Source of the DNA: Gammaproteobacteria bacterium
Lineage (GTDB): Bacteria; Pseudomonadota; Gammaproteobacteria; Eutrophobiales; Eutrophobiaceae
DNA: 64,000 nucleotides
Reading direction: 5' to 3'
Assembly: GCA_022826885.1 (NCBI GenBank)
Contig: JAJDUB010000076.1
Location: 13,431-77,430, forward strand
Below the pieces are notes generated by a model. It made no database searches, was not told the origin of the DNA, and was given only the letters and a program-made list of their open reading frames with translations. A program made the position numbers and the translations under genes. Positions 1-9,312 of this stretch are shown here, one piece after another. How positions within the stretch are numbered: position 1 is the first letter of the stretch; each line of letters begins with the position of its first letter.

Positions 1-478
1 CACTCAGGCTGGCAAATATAAATCCCCGATATTCGCCTTGTCTGGACACCCCGGGCATGTTGTATTGAGGGTTATTCCGGTCGAAACCACAATCCTGGTA
101 ACCTGTCGCATGGGGTGTGCCCACGAGCTTGCCGTCCGTTCTGAAGGTCCAGCCGTGAAAATTACAGCGAAATCGTGTGACGTTGCCACATTCCCTGTTT
201 ACCACCGTTGCGCCTTTATGACCGCAGCGATTATGTAATACATGTATATCCTTACCATTGCCGTCACGCACCATGACAACCGGATTTTTTACACCGATAC
301 GTGTCGTAACGTAGTCTCCCGGGTTCTTGACCTGACTTTCATGTCCGATATATATCCAGGCACGGCCATAGATGCGCTCCATTTCCAGGTCAAATATATC
401 TTCGTCGACGAATAACTTCCGATGATATCGAGTGGGCTCAACCATTGCCGACAGTTCTTCTGTAGAATACTTGCTCAT
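1..478 (-). CDS. Rieske non-heme iron ring-hydroxylating oxygenase alpha subunit, N-terminal portion (gene continues beyond window start)
   Basis: Manual reverse-complement translation from ATG at 478-476: MSKYSTEELSAMVEPTRYHRKLFVDEDIFDLEMERIYGRAWIYIGHESQVKNPGDYVTTRIGVKNPVVMVRDGNGKDIHVLHNRCGHKGATVVNRECGNVTRFRCNFHGWTFRTDG... The CGH...CNFHGW residues form the CXH-X(15-17)-CXXH Rieske [2Fe-2S] signature. The frame is open to position 1. It is absent from the ORF track because it has no stop in the window. Confidence 0.75.
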   Translation of the reverse strand, partial: MSKYSTEELSAMVEPTRYHRKLFVDEDIFDLEMERIYGRAWIYIGHESQVKNPGDYVTTRIGVKNPVVMVRDGNGKDIHVLHNRCGHKGATVVNRECGNVTRFRCNFHGWTFRTDGKLVGTPHATGYQDCGFDRNNPQYNMPGVSRQGEYRGFIFASLS

Positions 479-511
479 AATTGAAACCTCGTAAGTTTCA
501 TGACGTCAGCG

Positions 512-1270
512 CTAATCACTGGCTGCCATCGCTGCTTTCAAACCGCCATCAATCAAGGACCCGACACTGCTGCCGCCGCATACAAACAACAACTGCCCAC
601 TGATATAACTGTTTTTCGGGTCCAGGAAAAACAGGGTCGCACGGGCAACGTCATCGGGAATGCCGATACGGCGGACCGGTATCAAGTCCGCAAGCGCTTT
701 TGAAACATCACTTCCCTCAGGGACAACTTCGTCAAACATTTCCGAGTGGACCGGCCCAGGGGCAATGGCATTCACGGTAATGCCATGGGGACCCAATTCC
801 ATCGCCCAGGTTTTGGTGATGCTGACAAGGGCCGCCTTGGTGCCTGAGTAACAGGTGCGTGTCGCCAGGCCCAAAATCGCTCGTGTGGACATATTAACGA
901 TACGGCCGAACTTTACTTCTTTCATGGCCGGCAGGGCGGCTTTTGTCAGGATCATCGCGGCACCGACATGTAGATTTGTCAATCCATGCAAATCGTTAAC
1001 CGTGGCTTCTTCCAATATCTTTGCATTCACGATGCCGGCGTTGTTTACCACGGATGTCACTGAATATTTCGCCGCAATTTCATCAGCAACGTCCTGGGTG
1101 GCCTGCAAGTCCATCAGGTCGACAGTATAGTAATCCAGATTATCGTGCTCGAACCTTGGCGCACGTCGTGAAAGGCTTATCACCTTATAGTCGGCATCCA
1201 GCAAGTGTTTGCAAATACTATCGCCAATACCCGAACTGCCGCCACTTACTACTGCAGTCATTTGTTCCAT
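512..1270 (-). CDS. short-chain dehydrogenase/reductase (SDR) family oxidoreductase
   Basis: 252 aa ORF. N-terminal TGxxxGIG-type motif (VSGGSSGIGDSI), NNAG motif and YSGTKAAL (YxxxK catalytic pair). The alternative start M4 (1261) would give a 4-nt overlap with the downstream gene. Confidence 0.8.
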   Translation of the reverse strand: MEQMTAVVSGGSSGIGDSICKHLLDADYKVISLSRRAPRFEHDNLDYYTVDLMDLQATQDVADEIAAKYSVTSVVNNAGIVNAKILEEATVNDLHGLTNLHVGAAMILTKAALPAMKEVKFGRIVNMSTRAILGLATRTCYSGTKAALVSITKTWAMELGPHGITVNAIAPGPVHSEMFDEVVPEGSDVSKALADLIPVRRIGIPDDVARATLFFLDPKNSYISGQLLFVCGGSSVGSLIDGGLKAAMAASD

Positions 1271-2025
1271 CGATCTGAGCCTCTAATTAAACCTGCAAGT
1301 TTGTCGTATCCGGCAATCTGATTGATTCTCGGTTCAGGAAAAGACTGCTTGCTATGGGTAAGTCCCGCGTCCACTAATGCTGCCGCAATCATGATTGTCG
1401 TCGAAACCGGTTCAATGATTGGTACATTGACACCTCGCTCCGCCAAGAACGCACTGACTCTCTTTTCGGCACCCTGCATTTCAGCACAACCCAGAATTAC
1501 TACACCTGCACCATCTATTTTGACAAGCTGTTCTGAGACCTCGACCAACCGCTGATCTCTTAAACCGGGATCGGCTTCCATCTCCGCAACTGACATCTGA
1601 ATAGCGCGTATTGCTGCCAGCTTGTCTCCGGTACCGAATTGTTTCGCCATAATCTCCATGATACCAATCACCTCATCCACCATAGTGGCTACGCCAATAC
1701 TGTGACCCAGCAAACCCGCCACGTGCAGGCTGGTTTCATACGGTCCCAACACTGGTATAGAAACACTTTCGCGAGCTTCATGACACCCTACATCTCCCAT
1801 GCAATCAATAACCAGGGCATCGACTCCTTCACGCTCTGCTTCTTTCGCCTTTGCACAGGTATCAGGAGTCGCAAGCGCTACCCCGAGCCTGCTCGCCAGT
1901 ATGTCAGGTCCATAGTCAAGACAAGTAAAACTAATCTTGAGTTGCTCATTCTCGAATTGACGGAAACGGCCGCCCAGACTGTCTGCGTTGATTGCAGGGT
2001 GGATGATGCGAATGTGTTTTTTCAT
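1258..2025 (-). CDS. Asp/Glu/hydantoin racemase family protein (hydantoin racemase / arylmalonate decarboxylase-like)
   Basis: 255 aa. The size, the two conserved Cys regions (DCMGDVGCHEA...; ILGCAEM) and its position between the hydantoinase and carbamoylase genes fit the family. Confidence 0.6.
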   Translation of the reverse strand: MKKHIRIIHPAINADSLGGRFRQFENEQLKISFTCLDYGPDILASRLGVALATPDTCAKAKEAEREGVDALVIDCMGDVGCHEARESVSIPVLGPYETSLHVAGLLGHSIGVATMVDEVIGIMEIMAKQFGTGDKLAAIRAIQMSVAEMEADPGLRDQRLVEVSEQLVKIDGAGVVILGCAEMQGAEKRVSAFLAERGVNVPIIEPVSTTIMIAAALVDAGLTHSKQSFPEPRINQIAGYDKLAGLIRGSDRWNK

Positions 2026-2048
2026 GTCGCTGTGAATACCAGGGCAAG

Positions 2049-2978
2049 TTACGGCGCCGTGGCCCCAATTTGTTCAGTAATAATACCGTAATGTTCTATT
2101 CGTCGGTGTTCTTCGAAATTGAACATCGACTGTTTGTATTTCTGGGCAAGGTCCAGATCACAACGGCCTATTATCAGTTCATCTTCCTTGCTGGACGCAC
2201 AGGCAATAATTTCTCCGGAGGGTGCAATAATTGCGCTGCCGCCTATTAAGTCACACTCGCCTGTTTTACCGACGCGAGCAACACCCGCAACAAACGTACT
2301 GTTCTGGTAAGCGCCGGCCTGCATGACGAGGTGGTTGTGAAAATAGGTCAGTTGATCAAACGTAGTATCCCAGGGCATACTGTTCGGCGTGTTATAACCT
2401 ACCATGATCAGTTCCACGCCTTTCAGTCCCATAACACGATAGGTTTCCGCCCAGCGCCTGTCGTTACAGATACACATGCCCATGACGCCACCCATTGAAC
2501 GCCATACGCCGAAGCCCAGATCACCTACATCGAAATAATATTTTTCCAGTCCCTGATATGGCATGTCTTTCTTATAGTCAGCATGACCCGGCAAGTGCAC
2601 CTTTCGGTATTTACCGACTATTTCGGCATTTTTATCCACAAGAATAGACGTATTGTAACGTTTCGCCTTGTTACTGCACTCAACGTATTCTGCATAACCC
2701 AGGTAGAAACCAATCTCCAGTTTAGCCGCTTCCTCAAACAAGGGGCGGGTTTCCGGACCCGGCATCTCCTTTTCATAAAAGTGCTTCACTTCATCAAGAT
2801 CATCCACCCATTCCAGGACGAAGAATGGAGATAGCGCCAGTTCCGGATAGACAATGATGTCGCAGCCGCAAGCCTTCGCTTCGCGCATCATCTCAATCAT
2901 ACGTCTAACCAGAGGCACTCGTCCTTCATAGGGTTCCGCCTTCATTTGCGCCCCACCCACAACTATTATTCTTGCCAT
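2049..2978 (-). CDS. carbon-nitrogen hydrolase (nitrilase superfamily), N-carbamoyl-D-amino-acid hydrolase-like
   Basis: 309 aa. Starts MARIIVVGGAQM. Carries the Glu (YPELAL), Lys (YRKVHLPG) and Cys (MCICNDRRW) positions of the nitrilase catalytic triad and resembles D-carbamoylases. Confidence 0.7.
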   Translation of the reverse strand: MARIIVVGGAQMKAEPYEGRVPLVRRMIEMMREAKACGCDIIVYPELALSPFFVLEWVDDLDEVKHFYEKEMPGPETRPLFEEAAKLEIGFYLGYAEYVECSNKAKRYNTSILVDKNAEIVGKYRKVHLPGHADYKKDMPYQGLEKYYFDVGDLGFGVWRSMGGVMGMCICNDRRWAETYRVMGLKGVELIMVGYNTPNSMPWDTTFDQLTYFHNHLVMQAGAYQNSTFVAGVARVGKTGECDLIGGSAIIAPSGEIIACASSKEDELIIGRCDLDLAQKYKQSMFNFEEHRRIEHYGIITEQIGATAP

Positions 2979-3029
2979 GCCAGATTCACCTTTATATCAA
3001 TTTCAGAAACGTTCCCGTGCGTATTCACA

Positions 3030-4820
3030 TTAACTGGCAGCACGAAGCGAGCTGGTTTTTTTTTCATCCAGTGCCATTTCTGGGGTAATGACAACACCGT
3101 ATTGCTCCTCCGCCATTTGCGGTGTTATCAACTCATCAAGGACATCCTGAAGTACTGCTTTCGGGTCTCTATCCCTGGGGTTACCATAACCACCTCCACA
3201 AGGCCCTATGCCTATGAATTTGTCACCTTTATCTGCGTTGAACTGGAAGAAATCAAATTTAGACGGTAAGTTGATCGACTCACCGCTTTCGCGTTCCAGA
3301 ATTGCATTCCGGGTAGCCCCGATACTTCCACCCAATATGCCCCAGGGCGCGTGTTTGTGCCCATCCGCTTCGGTTGCGGCACTTCCAGGTGTCAACATCC
3401 TGAACTCTTTAACCGTTCCCAAACCACCGCGCCATTTACCTGCGGGTGCTACATTCTCACGTAATTCATAGCGTTCAATCCTTAGCGGATTATGGGTTTC
3501 AATATCTTCAATCGGATTATTACGTGTATTTGCGAAAAGCACATCAACCGCATCCATCCCATCCATGCCACAGCGGCCCCCGTAACAACCTTCAAACAAC
3601 TCCACATGCAACCACATGCTTCCATCCTCGCGAACGCCGCCGAACACCATGCCTCCGCCATTGCCGGTGCCAGCAGAAACTTTTTCGGGAACTACCTTTG
3701 AAAGAGCTTGCATCGTGGCATCCGACAGCGCAATACCGCCCGTGTATCGGCACATGGTAGGCGCCGGGAAAATGGGGTTGGCGAGACACCCTGACGGCGC
3801 TTCTATGCTGATGGGCCGCATTACCCCCGCATTTTGGGGAACATCGCCGTGGTCGACGGAGTCCAGCAAAACACTTTTCAGTGCCACAACAACTGCACAA
3901 TCGACGCTACCCTTAAAAGGGATATTAATGGGACGATCAGGAATCTGGGACGCAGTGCCTGACAAATCAGCAGTGACCTCATCGCCCCGGATTCTTAACG
4001 TCACCCGGATTGGTAGATCACGGTAGTCAGGGTTTGGATCATCCGGGAAACCATCTATGGTTACCTCACCGGTGTAATCTCCGTCAGGCAACGTCGCAAT
4101 TGCAGCGCGCATTTTGCGTTCAGAACTGTCAAAGGCATCTTCATAAGCTCCGCGGACGACCTCCAAACCGTATTGCTCAATAAGTTCAAGGTAACGTTCG
4201 GCGCCGATGCGTATTGCTGCAATCTCCGCTTCCATATCGCCGATAACCACGTCGGATAAACGGATATTGTCCCTTACCATGTGCCATAGCTGATCATTAC
4301 GCCGTCCCTGTTCATAAACCTTCAAGGCTTTAAATTGCAGACCTTCCGCATAAGCATCACCGGCATAGACCTGGCCGCCACTACCCGGCTTATAAGAGCC
4401 GATGTCAACCACATGGGACATCGCACCGGTAAATCCAATCAATTCGCCACTATGGAAAACCGGCAGATAAAACCCTACATCCGGAACATGACTGGCTCCG
4501 GCGTAGGCATCATTATGCATAAAGATATCACCCGGCAATATCTCCTCACCCCGTTCCTTTAATCGGTCCAGAATACCGGCCACGCACCCGGCCAGCGGCC
4601 CGGATGCCAGAGGTGTGCTTTGTTTTGCTTCGCAGATCAACCGGGCTTGCCCGTCGATAATCCCTGCGCCAAAATCTTCAGACTCCCTGATAATGCTTGA
4701 ATAGGCCATGCGCGTCAGCTTATGCCCCATTTCAGTTGCTATGTTCTGCAAAGCGCCTTCAATGACGCTTGCCGTCACCGGATCAATTCGTCTGTCAATC
4801 TGATTATTCATTTTATTCAC
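3030..4820 (-). CDS. hyuB: hydantoinase B / 5-oxoprolinase family protein (HyuB-like)
   Basis: 596 aa ORF of typical HyuB/oxoprolinase B subunit length and composition. It overlaps the upstream HyuA-like gene by 8 nt, which suggests translational coupling. Confidence 0.75.
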   Translation of the reverse strand: MNKMNNQIDRRIDPVTASVIEGALQNIATEMGHKLTRMAYSSIIRESEDFGAGIIDGQARLICEAKQSTPLASGPLAGCVAGILDRLKERGEEILPGDIFMHNDAYAGASHVPDVGFYLPVFHSGELIGFTGAMSHVVDIGSYKPGSGGQVYAGDAYAEGLQFKALKVYEQGRRNDQLWHMVRDNIRLSDVVIGDMEAEIAAIRIGAERYLELIEQYGLEVVRGAYEDAFDSSERKMRAAIATLPDGDYTGEVTIDGFPDDPNPDYRDLPIRVTLRIRGDEVTADLSGTASQIPDRPINIPFKGSVDCAVVVALKSVLLDSVDHGDVPQNAGVMRPISIEAPSGCLANPIFPAPTMCRYTGGIALSDATMQALSKVVPEKVSAGTGNGGGMVFGGVREDGSMWLHVELFEGCYGGRCGMDGMDAVDVLFANTRNNPIEDIETHNPLRIERYELRENVAPAGKWRGGLGTVKEFRMLTPGSAATEADGHKHAPWGILGGSIGATRNAILERESGESINLPSKFDFFQFNADKGDKFIGIGPCGGGYGNPRDRDPKAVLQDVLDELITPQMAEEQYGVVITPEMALDEKKTSSLRAAS

Positions 4821-6888
4821 TGAAATTGATGATCAAATCACCACCGGGATGACGGACAAAACCCGTTTGTGGTGGGACAATTATAGTTGTGTCTTTTTGC
4901 AGGATTATCGCAGGTCCTTCAAGTTGTTCCGATACCGGTAGCAGGTTACGATGATAAAAAGCAGTAACAAAGGTATCCAGCTTACCGTTCACTCTGAAAA
5001 TGCAGTCTTTTTTCTTGAGCAAGGCACTCTTCAGAGATCCGTCCTGTTGCGTTTCGGGCATGCCGATTTTATCTGTTGCCGCAAAACCCATGACGCGGGT
5101 ATTGACGATCTCTATGGGCATGTCCGGAAAGGAATGTCCATACTCCAGGTTATGCTGTTGATGGAAGCTGTCAAAGACCTTATCGATTACAGACCGATCA
5201 ATCTCGCCAGAAGGAATATTGATGCGCAGTTCATAACCCTGACCCGAATATCTCAATTCAACATAGCGTTTAAAGACCACATTTTCTGCTGAAATTCCAT
5301 CCTCAGAATATTGTGATTCCAGACTTTTTCGTATCGAGTCAAGATTTTCATTCAGGCGTTCCAGATTCAGGCTGCCGCTTTCCTGCAACTCCGATTTCAC
5401 CAAGTCGTACTTGATGTCCGTCGTTAACAGGCCTATCGCTGAACCGATACCGGGAAATTCCGGCACTATCACTTCCGGGATATTCAAAATATTCGCGACT
5501 TCAACGGCATGCAACGGCCCACAACCCCCAAACGCAACCAGTGAATACTCCCTTGGATCATGGCCTTTTTGTATTGTGCGGGACCGAATGGCATTTGCCA
5601 TGTTATTGTTCAAAATCGTAATGACTCCCTCTGCCGCTTCTTCCACACCAAGATTTAAATTTTTGGCAAGTTCTCCTATGACCCGGAAAGATGCATCGAT
5701 ATCAAGGTCCATCTCACCTCCGAGAAAATTCTCTTTATCGAGACGGCCCAATACCACGTTCGCATCTGTTGTGGTCGGCATTTGGCCTCCCCTGTTGTAA
5801 GCTGCCGGTCCTGGTTGAGCCCCCGCGCTCTCTGGCCCTACCCGAAACGTCCCACCCCCATCCACGTAGGCAATACTACCGCCGCCAGCTCCAATAGTAT
5901 GAATATCTATCATTGGCACCAGGACAGGATAACCGGCAATCCATGTATCCCGTGCCGACGCTTCGTTATATTTACCATCATCGAGCAGACACAGGTCTGC
6001 ACTGGTTCCGCCCACGTCAAATGTAATGAGCTTATTTCTGCCTGAAGTTTGACCTGCGCGAATCCCGCAAAGCACACCTGCAGCAGGTCCTGATAAAAGG
6101 GTTTTAACAGGTAAATCGGATACCATCTTGGCGGTTGCCAGCCCCCCATTTGAAAGCATAATATGTAACTGACAGATAAATCCGCTATTAACCAGCTTTT
6201 CCGTCAAGCGATTAATGTATTCCCGGATAAGCGGCCCGATAAATGCATTCACGGCACAACTTGTAAATCGTTCAAATTCACGAAATTGCGCTGAAACACT
6301 GGAAGAGGTCGTCACATACGCACCCGGGTATTCCTCCAAGACAAGTTCACGCGCGCGCTCTTCATGTTCAGGATTCAAATAGGAAAACAAAAAACAAATC
6401 GCTATGGACTTGACGTGTTCCTTTTTAAAATAACGAGCGATGACACGAACTTCTTCCTCAGCCAAGGCCACAAGTATATTTCCGGATGGTGGAGTGATCC
6501 GTTCATTGACGGTCTTTCGGTATTGTCGCTTTACCAGGGGACGGGATTGCCAGGGAATTTCTTGCCTGATGGAATAATGCTCGGGGCGCTGATGACGACC
6601 GATGTGCAGGACATCACGGAATCCGCGTGTCGTGATCATGCCTGTTTCACTACCCTTGTACTCCAGCAAAGCATTGGTCGCGACGGTAGTGCCGTGATAT
6701 ATCTTGTCTATTTCACCGGGATCGATACTGTTGCGTTCACATATTTCCGTAAGGCCGCGCAGAATTGCGACAGAAGGATCGGCATTATTGCTTGGCACTT
6801 TGTGTATTAAGGTATTATCCCGTTCAGAATCGTAATACACGATATCCGTAAATGTACCCCCAACATCTATTCCTATCAGTTTACTCAA
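4813..6888 (-). CDS. hyuA: hydantoinase A / N-methylhydantoinase A / acetone carboxylase beta-like (HyuA)
   Basis: 691 aa. The N-terminal LIGIDVGGTFTD and internal FDVGGTSAD motifs match the ASKHA/hydantoinase A fold. Confidence 0.8.
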   Translation of the reverse strand: MSKLIGIDVGGTFTDIVYYDSERDNTLIHKVPSNNADPSVAILRGLTEICERNSIDPGEIDKIYHGTTVATNALLEYKGSETGMITTRGFRDVLHIGRHQRPEHYSIRQEIPWQSRPLVKRQYRKTVNERITPPSGNILVALAEEEVRVIARYFKKEHVKSIAICFLFSYLNPEHEERARELVLEEYPGAYVTTSSSVSAQFREFERFTSCAVNAFIGPLIREYINRLTEKLVNSGFICQLHIMLSNGGLATAKMVSDLPVKTLLSGPAAGVLCGIRAGQTSGRNKLITFDVGGTSADLCLLDDGKYNEASARDTWIAGYPVLVPMIDIHTIGAGGGSIAYVDGGGTFRVGPESAGAQPGPAAYNRGGQMPTTTDANVVLGRLDKENFLGGEMDLDIDASFRVIGELAKNLNLGVEEAAEGVITILNNNMANAIRSRTIQKGHDPREYSLVAFGGCGPLHAVEVANILNIPEVIVPEFPGIGSAIGLLTTDIKYDLVKSELQESGSLNLERLNENLDSIRKSLESQYSEDGISAENVVFKRYVELRYSGQGYELRINIPSGEIDRSVIDKVFDSFHQQHNLEYGHSFPDMPIEIVNTRVMGFAATDKIGMPETQQDGSLKSALLKKKDCIFRVNGKLDTFVTAFYHRNLLPVSEQLEGPAIILQKDTTIIVPPQTGFVRHPGGDLIINFSE

Positions 6889-7076
6889 CAGTACGCTCCA
6901 GGCAGATATCTATAAAACCGGATTAATGACCGGACAGTCTATTGTATGTCCTTGACGCAAACTATAATTATCAATTACACATTACATTGATTTTTCCCAA
7001 TTCATCGCTTTTTTTCGACATATGTCTTTTTCGTTTCAATATGGATACACTTCAATTGTTATCTGTTCTGTGAGCA

Positions 7077-8090
7077 GTGAGGACTGACATCCTGATGACC
7101 AAACGTAAAACAAAACAACTCCTCGCCGCGTTGCTTTCTTATCTGGCCATTCACTGCGTATCAGCAAGTGACAGGCTCGAACCCGGCAAATATATCCCGT
7201 CCCTTTTCGATAAACGATACAGTGCACCCTTCACTGTGCAGAAACTGACTGACAGTAGTTACGTTGCTTTCGTCTCCGCACACAATGCTACGTTTTATGT
7301 GGGGGAAAGAGGCGTATTGTTAATTGACACCACGCTGCATGATACGGCGCCGGCCCTGCTTTCTGCGGTGCAATCGGTGACTTCTTTACCCATTACGACA
7401 GTAATATACTCGCACTATCATATGGATCACGTTAGTGGAGCAAATATCATATCGGAAAATGCGGAGGGGAACGGAACTAAAATCAATTTTGTTGCTACCG
7501 AAGCGGTAGCAAGCCAGATCAAAAGACACGGCAATAAAATACCCACCCCCACTACGATATTAAAAAACAGCGGAGAAGAGTTCGAATTTGAGGGTATGAA
7601 GGTCAGAGTTCATGTTCCTTTTATGGGGGGAGGACATTCAACGGATAATTCCATAATTTATTTACCTGAAGAGAAACTCCTGCATTATGTAGATTTAATC
7701 CACCCGGAATTGTTATTCCCGTTTTTTAATCTGGGACTGTATGATGTAGCAGCGGCGGAAAAAAGTCTGCATGAAGTGCTCGGCATGGATTGGGATTATG
7801 TCAACGGCGGCCATGGCAATATCGGCTCAAAAAAAGATGTCAAAGAACTGTTGGCCTATCTTGATGACCTGAAATCCGCCGTCAGAAATTCCCTGTCATC
7901 TGTTTCATTTGCCGATCACATTCACCAGGGGCCGGGCGTGGGTGTCTACTCCTGGATCAGAAGCTACGATGAAGCAATAGCGGAATACGTACGACAAAAC
8001 CTGCAAAATAAATACGGCCATTTACCAAACTTTGATGCGATTATCCCCAGTCACGCTACGGCGATAAAAGAATACATTACTTTGTATTAA
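7077..8090 (+). CDS. MBL-fold metallo-hydrolase, predicted secreted
   Basis: 337 aa. Signal-peptide-like N-terminus (KQLLAALLSYLAIHCVSA). HYHMDHVSG is the HxHxDH metal-binding motif. It is divergent from hyuA across an AT-rich 188-bp spacer. Confidence 0.75.
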   Translation: MRTDILMTKRKTKQLLAALLSYLAIHCVSASDRLEPGKYIPSLFDKRYSAPFTVQKLTDSSYVAFVSAHNATFYVGERGVLLIDTTLHDTAPALLSAVQSVTSLPITTVIYSHYHMDHVSGANIISENAEGNGTKINFVATEAVASQIKRHGNKIPTPTTILKNSGEEFEFEGMKVRVHVPFMGGGHSTDNSIIYLPEEKLLHYVDLIHPELLFPFFNLGLYDVAAAEKSLHEVLGMDWDYVNGGHGNIGSKKDVKELLAYLDDLKSAVRNSLSSVSFADHIHQGPGVGVYSWIRSYDEAIAEYVRQNLQNKYGHLPNFDAIIPSHATAIKEYITLY

Positions 8091-8119
8091 CTTAAGACAG
8101 GCCATTTCTTATCCGAAAC

Positions 8120-9292
8120 ATGCTGAACTCAGCGAAATTCATCGATATTCGATTATTTGCCGGGATTGCAAGCAGTTCCGGTGTGTCCGCACAGCTCAGC
8201 CAGATATGTCTGCCTCTGCTTGTGAGTGCCGTCATTATCGGCCTCAACATGAATGAGCAAAATGCCGGCCTGCTGAGTTCCATTGAATTAATTACCATAG
8301 CGCTCGTCTCATTTTGTCTTGCTCCCAAAATCAATATATGGCCGAGGCGCACTCTGGCCCTGGCCGGCGCTTGTGTGGCAATCGGGGCTCATGTGTTTTC
8401 AGGGTTTGCAACAGAAGTTCAATTCCTGGTTGCGTTACGAATACTTGCCGGTGTTGGCGCCGGTTTCATGATGGCGGCAGGAAATGCCTGCGTGACGGAC
8501 TCCGACAACCCGGATCGGATGTATTCACTGGTGATAATCGCAATAGGTTTGGCTCATTTAATTTTACTCAACATCATGCCGGTATTCGTTACCAAATGGT
8601 CCTATAGCGGCGCGTATGTTCTGGAAGCAATCGTCATTATCCTGTTAATACCTTTCATTCGACTATTGCCGCAACACGGGAAAGTTAAAGCAAATACGAG
8701 TAAAGGGCATACTGATTTTCCATTACCGGCAGCAATTGTAATCGTGCTGATGATCGGTCTGTTTTTCAGCAGGGAAACAGCTCTATATGCATTCTCACAG
8801 GAAATTGGTTTGCGAACCGGCCTTTCACACCAAGAGGCTGGTTCGGTATTGGGCATTGCCGGCCTGCTTTCATTAGTGGGGGCAACGATTGCTGCTGTAA
8901 TCAGCACGCGCTATGGTCGCCTCATTCCACTGCTGATTGGATTAATAATTAATACCGTTATGCCTTATATGATATCCCAGACAAATAGTGCAACTGTGTT
9001 TACTATTTGCCAGATAACTTATCACATGGCCCTGTTTTTTACGGTGCCCTACCTGTTTGGCATGGCCGCACAACTCGATCCCCAGGGTAGATTGATGGCA
9101 GTGGCGGGCGGGTCATTGACATTGGGAGGCGCCTGCGGCCCGGGGATCGGCGGTATTCTGATTACATGGGCCGGATATAAGGCGCTTGGGGGATTTATCC
9201 TGGTCTCCATGGCTTTGGTCACTATATTGGCAGTCCTGATGAATAACCACCTCAACAAGAATATCCCGAATACGGAACCGGCGGCTTCCTGA
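8120..9292 (+). CDS. MFS-type transporter (about 12 predicted TM segments)
   Basis: 390 aa, highly hydrophobic with repeated helix-length stretches. A conserved Arg-containing loop follows TM2 (LRILAGVGAGF). Confidence 0.6.
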   Translation: MLNSAKFIDIRLFAGIASSSGVSAQLSQICLPLLVSAVIIGLNMNEQNAGLLSSIELITIALVSFCLAPKINIWPRRTLALAGACVAIGAHVFSGFATEVQFLVALRILAGVGAGFMMAAGNACVTDSDNPDRMYSLVIIAIGLAHLILLNIMPVFVTKWSYSGAYVLEAIVIILLIPFIRLLPQHGKVKANTSKGHTDFPLPAAIVIVLMIGLFFSRETALYAFSQEIGLRTGLSHQEAGSVLGIAGLLSLVGATIAAVISTRYGRLIPLLIGLIINTVMPYMISQTNSATVFTICQITYHMALFFTVPYLFGMAAQLDPQGRLMAVAGGSLTLGGACGPGIGGILITWAGYKALGGFILVSMALVTILAVLMNNHLNKNIPNTEPAAS

Positions 9293-9312
9293 ATTACGGA
9301 AACCAGCAATCC

